From Gammaproteobacteria bacterium (lineage in GTDB: Bacteria; Pseudomonadota; Gammaproteobacteria; UBA5335; SLRW01), in assembly GCA_035638775.1 (NCBI GenBank), contig DASQZJ010000005.1, forward strand, positions 728-64,727: a stretch of 64,000 nt of DNA, given 5' to 3'. Shown in pieces: positions 59,795 to 64,000 of the stretch (the stretch's first letter is position 1; each line of letters begins with the position of its first letter). The notes beneath the pieces are model-generated. The model did not search any database. It saw only the letters and a list, made by a program, of their open reading frames with translations, and had not been told where the DNA came from. The translations under genes and the position numbers were made by a program.

Positions 59795-60499
59795 ATGGAG
59801 GAATATCTGCAGGCGACCTGGTACCTGGACTGCGACGATCCCGCCGTCCGGGATTACGCCGCGCGCCATGCCGGCGACGGCTCTGCGCGCGAGCAGGCCG
59901 TGCGCCTGTACCACGTCGTCCGTGACGCGATCCGTTACGACCCGTACGGGATGCGCTTCGAGCCGGCGTACTTTCGCGCCAGCGCCGTGCTCGGCCGGGA
60001 GCGTGACTTCTGCATCCCCAAGGCCTTGCTGCTGGCCGCTCTCGCACGTGCGCGGGGCATCCCGGCACGCCTCGGCTTCGCCGACGTGCGCAACCACCTG
60101 GCCACCCCGCGCCTGCTGAAGGCCATGGGCACCGACCTGTTCGTCTACCACGGCTACACCGAACTCTATCTGGAAGGAAAGTGGCTCAAGGCCACCCCCG
60201 CCTTCAACCTCGGGCTGTGCCGGAAAGCCGGGATCAGGCCGCTGGAGTTCGACGGCCGCAGCGATTCCATCTTCCACCCGTACGACCGGAGCGGACGGCA
60301 GCACATGGAGTACGTGCGGGATCACGGCAGCTACGCCGACCTGCCCTACGGCGAAATCCTGGCCGCGATGCGGGAGGCCTACCCGGCGATGTTCCGCGGG
60401 GGAGCCGCCGTGCCGGACGGGGATTTCGAGGCGGAGCTCGCCGACGGCGGTCGCCGGCCGGGGCGCGCAGTCAGGCGATCCCGAAGTGCTCGCGCATGA
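59795..60499 (+). CDS. Transglutaminase-like cysteine peptidase-fold protein
   Basis: ORF 58943..60499 trimmed to MEEYLQATWY. It has a candidate Cys-His triad context (RDFCIPKALLLAALARARGIPARLGF ... VYHGYTELYLEGKW). Confidence 0.7.
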   Translation: MEEYLQATWYLDCDDPAVRDYAARHAGDGSAREQAVRLYHVVRDAIRYDPYGMRFEPAYFRASAVLGRERDFCIPKALLLAALARARGIPARLGFADVRNHLATPRLLKAMGTDLFVYHGYTELYLEGKWLKATPAFNLGLCRKAGIRPLEFDGRSDSIFHPYDRSGRQHMEYVRDHGSYADLPYGEILAAMREAYPAMFRGGAAVPDGDFEAELADGGRRPGRAVRRSRSARA

Positions 60500-61823
60500 A
60501 GTCGGTCGAGAGCCGTCCCTCGCGGAAGTCGTCCTTCTCCAGGATCTGCAGCAGCAGCGGCAGGTTGGTCCGGATCCCTTCCACCCGCGTCTGTCCCAGG
60601 GCCTCGCGCATGCGGTCGATCGCCGTCGCCCGGTCCCGCCCGTGGGTGACGATCTTGGCGATCATGGGGTCGTAGAACGGCGTGATCTTGATGCCGTCGC
60701 GCATCGCGTGCTCGACCCGGATGCCCTCGCCTACCGGGAGCGTGATGCGCTCGATGGTGCCCGGGGACGGCAGCAGCTTCTTCTCGGGATTCTCGGCGTA
60801 CAGCCGGACCTCGATGGCGTGCCCCGCGGGCGGCGTCGGCTCCAGCGTCAGCGGCTCGCCCAGCGCCACCCGCAGCTGCTCGGCGACCAGGTCGGTGCCG
60901 GTGACCAGCTCGGTGACCGGGTGCTCGACCTGGATCCGGGTGTTCATCTCCATGAAGTAGAAGTTGCCGTCGTTGTCTGCCAGGAACTCGACCGTGCCGG
61001 CATTGGTGTAGTTCACGGCGTCGACCAGCTTCAGTGCCGCCTCCCCCATCGCCTGGCGCATCGACTCGTCGGCCAGCGGCGAGGGCGCCTCCTCCACCAC
61101 CTTCTGGTGACGCCGCTGGATCGAGCACTCGCGCTCGCCGAGGTGAATGCGCCGGCCGTGGTGATCGGCGAACACCTGGATCTCGATGTGCCGCGGGTTC
61201 TCGAGGAAACGCTCGAGATACAGCCGGTCGTTGCCGAACAGCGTGCGCGCCCGGTGCTGCACGCCCTCGACCGCCTTCTCCAGCTGCGCCTCGTCCTCGA
61301 CCCGGGCGATGCCGATGCCCCCGCCGCCGCCCACGGCCTTGATCATCAGCGGGAAGCCGATCTCCCGTGCCAGCTCGACCGCCTGCTCCGGCGCGACCGG
61401 CTCGTGCGTGCCGGGCAGCACCGGAACACCGGCGGCGGCGGCGATGTTGCGCGCCTCGAGCTTGTCGCCCATGCGCTCGATCACTTCGGGTCGCGGCCCG
61501 ACCCAGGTCAGGCCGGCCCGCTCCACCGCGCGGGCGAAGTCGCCGTTCTCCGACAGGAAGCCGTAGCCCGGGTGCACCAGCTCCGCGCCGGTCTCCCGGG
61601 CGGCGTGCAGCACGGCCTCGATGTTGGTGTAGCTCTTGTGCGCCTGGGCCGGGCCGATGGGGGCCGCCGAATCGGCCATCCGTACGTGCGGGCTGTCCCC
61701 GTCCACCTCGGAATGCACCGCGATGGCGTGCCAGCCGAGGCCCTGCACGGCGCGAATCACGCGCGCCGCGATTTCGCCCCGGTTGGCGACCAGTACCCGC
61801 TTTGCCGATGCCTGTCCAACCAC
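60471..61823 (-). CDS. Biotin carboxylase (ATP-grasp, AccC-like)
   Basis: It has KRVLVANRGEIAARVIRA, GYGFLSEN, HQKVVEEAP and MEMNTRIQVEHPVTE. GTG start 1 nt after the biotinyl-protein stop. Confidence 0.92.
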   Translation of the reverse strand: MVGQASAKRVLVANRGEIAARVIRAVQGLGWHAIAVHSEVDGDSPHVRMADSAAPIGPAQAHKSYTNIEAVLHAARETGAELVHPGYGFLSENGDFARAVERAGLTWVGPRPEVIERMGDKLEARNIAAAAGVPVLPGTHEPVAPEQAVELAREIGFPLMIKAVGGGGGIGIARVEDEAQLEKAVEGVQHRARTLFGNDRLYLERFLENPRHIEIQVFADHHGRRIHLGERECSIQRRHQKVVEEAPSPLADESMRQAMGEAALKLVDAVNYTNAGTVEFLADNDGNFYFMEMNTRIQVEHPVTELVTGTDLVAEQLRVALGEPLTLEPTPPAGHAIEVRLYAENPEKKLLPSPGTIERITLPVGEGIRVEHAMRDGIKITPFYDPMIAKIVTHGRDRATAIDRMREALGQTRVEGIRTNLPLLLQILEKDDFREGRLSTDFMREHFGIA

Positions 61824-61824
61824 G

Positions 61825-62046
61825 TCAGTCCTCTTCGATCCGGATCAGGGTGTCCCCCTCCTCCACGTAGGCCTCGGGGCCCGCGACAATCTCTTGCACG
61901 GTCCCGTCGCAGGGCGACTCGTGGGGGATCTCCATCTTCATCGACTCCAGGATCAGCACCTCTTCGCCGTCCTCCACGTGCTGACCGGGCTCGACCAGCA
62001 CCTTCCAGACGGTTCCGCTCATCGAGGCCTTCACTTCCTCAGCCAT
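61825..62046 (-). CDS. Stand-alone biotinyl (biotin/lipoyl attachment) domain protein, 73 aa
   Basis: It has the biotinylation motif LILESMKMEIP. It lacks the N-terminal domain and Ala/Pro linker of canonical ~150-aa AccB. Confidence 0.85.
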   Translation of the reverse strand: MAEEVKASMSGTVWKVLVEPGQHVEDGEEVLILESMKMEIPHESPCDGTVQEIVAGPEAYVEEGDTLIRIEED

Positions 62047-62228
62047 GCTCGCTCCTCCGGTTGCAGGGGTCGTGCGCCGGTCGTTGGGTCGAGGCTACCA
62101 AGCGCTTGCTCGATTGGCCGCACTATACACCACGACCGCCATGGATCAAGCGAGCGGCCCCGAACGCGACGGGGGCGGCAGGCCCGTGCCCGCCGCCCCC
62201 GTGCAAGCGATACCGCCCCGGATAAGAG

Positions 62229-63176
62229 CTAGTCCAAGGCCTTTTCCAGCTCCGGAACCGCCTCGAACAGGTCGGCGACCAGGCCGAGGTCGGCGACCTC
62301 GAAGATCGGCGCCTCCTCGTCCTTGTTGATCGCCACGATCGTACCGGCGTCCTTGATCCCGGCCCAGTGCTGGATGGCACCGGAGATGCCGATCGCAACG
62401 TACAGTTCGGGCGCGATGATCTTGCCGGTCTGGCCCACCTGCATGTCGTTGGGCACGTATCCGGCGTCGACCGCCGCACGCGACGCACCCACGCCCGCGC
62501 CGAGCTTGTCGGCGAGGCTGTAGATGATCTTGAAGTTCTCCTCGCTGCCGACGCCGCGGCCGCCCGAGACCACCTTGGGCGCGGTGGCCAGGTCGGGACG
62601 ATCGCTCTTGTGCACTTCCCGGCCCACGAAGCGGGTGTGCTGCGGGATCTCGGCATCGACCTGCCGGTCCTCGACCTCGGCGTTGCCGCCCTCGCCGGCG
62701 GCCGGATAGGAGGCCCCGCGCACGGTGGCGCACAGGACCTGGTCGCCCGGCGCCTCCACCGTGGTGATGGCGTTGCCTGCGTAGATCGGCCGCTGGAAGA
62801 CGTACTCGCCTTCGACCTTCATCACGTCGGTCACCTGGGGCACGCCCAGCAGCGCGGCGACGCGCGGCATCAGGTCCTTGCCGAAGGTGCTGTTGCCCAC
62901 CAGCACGTGGGTGTAGCCGTCCTGCACCAGGGAAGCCACCTGCGGCGCCAGCACCGCCGCCAGGGCGTTCTCGTTGGCCGGGTCGGTGACCTTCAGCACC
63001 CGGGTCACTCCATCGAGCTTTGCCGCCGCGCCGGCCACGTCGTCGCCGCCCTCGTGGACGAATACGGCAACCTCGAGGGCCTCGGGACCCAGATCCTGGG
63101 CGCACCTGACCGCCTTGCCGGTGGCAGCGCTCAGCTTGCCCGCGTCATGCTCCGCGATGATCAGAACCTTGCTCAT
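62229..63176 (-). CDS. etfA: Electron transfer flavoprotein alpha subunit
   Basis: 315 aa, with the FAD-binding C-terminal domain ([36 protein letters not shown]). Confidence 0.93.
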   Translation of the reverse strand: MSKVLIIAEHDAGKLSAATGKAVRCAQDLGPEALEVAVFVHEGGDDVAGAAAKLDGVTRVLKVTDPANENALAAVLAPQVASLVQDGYTHVLVGNSTFGKDLMPRVAALLGVPQVTDVMKVEGEYVFQRPIYAGNAITTVEAPGDQVLCATVRGASYPAAGEGGNAEVEDRQVDAEIPQHTRFVGREVHKSDRPDLATAPKVVSGGRGVGSEENFKIIYSLADKLGAGVGASRAAVDAGYVPNDMQVGQTGKIIAPELYVAIGISGAIQHWAGIKDAGTIVAINKDEEAPIFEVADLGLVADLFEAVPELEKALD

Positions 63177-63922
63177 CAGATCAGCCCCTTGTTCTTCAGT
63201 TCGGACACCAGCTCCTGGACGCTCTCGACCTTCTTGCCGCCCTGGCGCGCGGGCGGCGGCGCCGTACGCGTCACCTTCAGGGGCTTGGCCGCCTCGACGC
63301 CCAGCTCCTCGACCGTGGTGTTGTCGATGGTCTTCTTCTTGGCCTTCATGATGTCCGGAAGCTTCACGTAGCGCGGCTCATTGAGGCGCAGATCGGTGGT
63401 GATCACGGCCGGCAGGTCGACCTCGATGGTTTCCAGCCCGGCGTCGATCTCGCGCGTGACCTTCGCGCTCTCGCCCTCGATCTCTACCTTCGAGGCAAAC
63501 GTGGCCTGCGGTCGCTGCCAGAGCGCCGCGGTCATCTGGCCGGTCTGGCCCTGGTCGTCGTCGATCGCCTGCTTGCCCATCAGCACGACCCCGGGCTCCT
63601 CCTTCCCGGCCAGCTCCGCGAAGACCCGCGCCGCAGTCAACGGCTGCACCGCCTCGTCGGTCTGCACCAGGATGGCGCGATCCGCGCCCATGGCCAGCGC
63701 CGTGCGCAGCTGTTCCTGCGCCTGCTGCGGACCGATGGTCACGGCGATGATCTCGTCGATCTTGCCGGCCTCCTTGAGACGCAGGGCTTCCTCGACGGCG
63801 ATCTCGTCGAAGGGGTTCATGCTCATCTTGACCCCCTCCGTGACCACACCGGACTCGTCCGGTTTGACCTGGATGCGGACGTTGTAATCAACGACCCGCT
63901 TCACGCATACCATTGCTTTCAT
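63176..63922 (-). CDS. etfB: Electron transfer flavoprotein beta subunit
   Basis: 248 aa, with [17 protein letters not shown] and [17 protein letters not shown]. Its stop overlaps the etfA ATG by 1 nt. Confidence 0.93.
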   Translation of the reverse strand: MKAMVCVKRVVDYNVRIQVKPDESGVVTEGVKMSMNPFDEIAVEEALRLKEAGKIDEIIAVTIGPQQAQEQLRTALAMGADRAILVQTDEAVQPLTAARVFAELAGKEEPGVVLMGKQAIDDDQGQTGQMTAALWQRPQATFASKVEIEGESAKVTREIDAGLETIEVDLPAVITTDLRLNEPRYVKLPDIMKAKKKTIDNTTVEELGVEAAKPLKVTRTAPPPARQGGKKVESVQELVSELKNKGLI

Positions 63923-64000
63923 GTCGTCGAATGCTCCCAGTCTGGATGCGGAATCTTCCGGGGCTCCGCCCGGCGGGACCTACAGATTCTGGTAATTGGG

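Overview
Nearly gene-saturated, high-GC chromosomal segment with gammaproteobacterial-type synteny (uvrY-uvrC-pgsA-tRNA-Gly-tRNA-Cys; purB-roxA-GNAT). All functional calls come from my own recognition of family motifs in the supplied or self-made translations. No database search was run. The ORF track prints alternative start codons as M, so several starts were re-set by hand.

Accessory part (1-2842). This is the edge of an integrated element anchored at tRNA-Cys. It holds an intact P4-type tyrosine integrase, an AT-richer decayed spacer with an IS481-like transposase remnant, and the first 103 codons of a RecQ-family helicase that runs off the left window edge.

Core part, in order:
- pgsA, uvrC, family-4 UDG, uvrY
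- icd and aceA side by side, with a divergent LysR regulator
- patatin-like lipase, rluE, rraA, 1-Cys peroxiredoxin
- a hot-dog-rich beta-oxidation cluster: stand-alone hydratase-2, MFE-2-type SDR and SCP2, four PaaI-type thioesterase domains, three acyl-CoA dehydrogenases
- rsmJ, a methyltransferase, a ~600-aa acyl-CoA dehydrogenase, ilvD
- a CHASE-PAS-GGDEF-EAL protein, hrpA
- a PhoPQ-like two-component pair, and a translationally coupled NUDIX-MazG-hydrolase string after fumC
- purB-roxA-GNAT-unknown
- bicupin, a DUF6285-like protein, an SDR, an M23 peptidase
- a TetR-flanked operon: acyl-CoA ligase, HSD10-type SDR, IcmF, thiolase, FadB-like
- quinone oxidoreductase, a small membrane protein plus a transglutaminase-like protein
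- biotin carboxylase plus a 73-aa biotinyl protein, with no carboxyltransferase in the window
- etfBA

No rRNA, CRISPR array or intact IS was seen.

Most worth a second look:
- the island edge and its helicase cargo, whose bulk lies outside the window
- the IcmF operon
- the split MFE-2 cluster
- the orphan biotin carboxylase / mini-BCCP pair
- the roxA-GNAT-unknown module

I found no clear-cut new system wholly inside the window.
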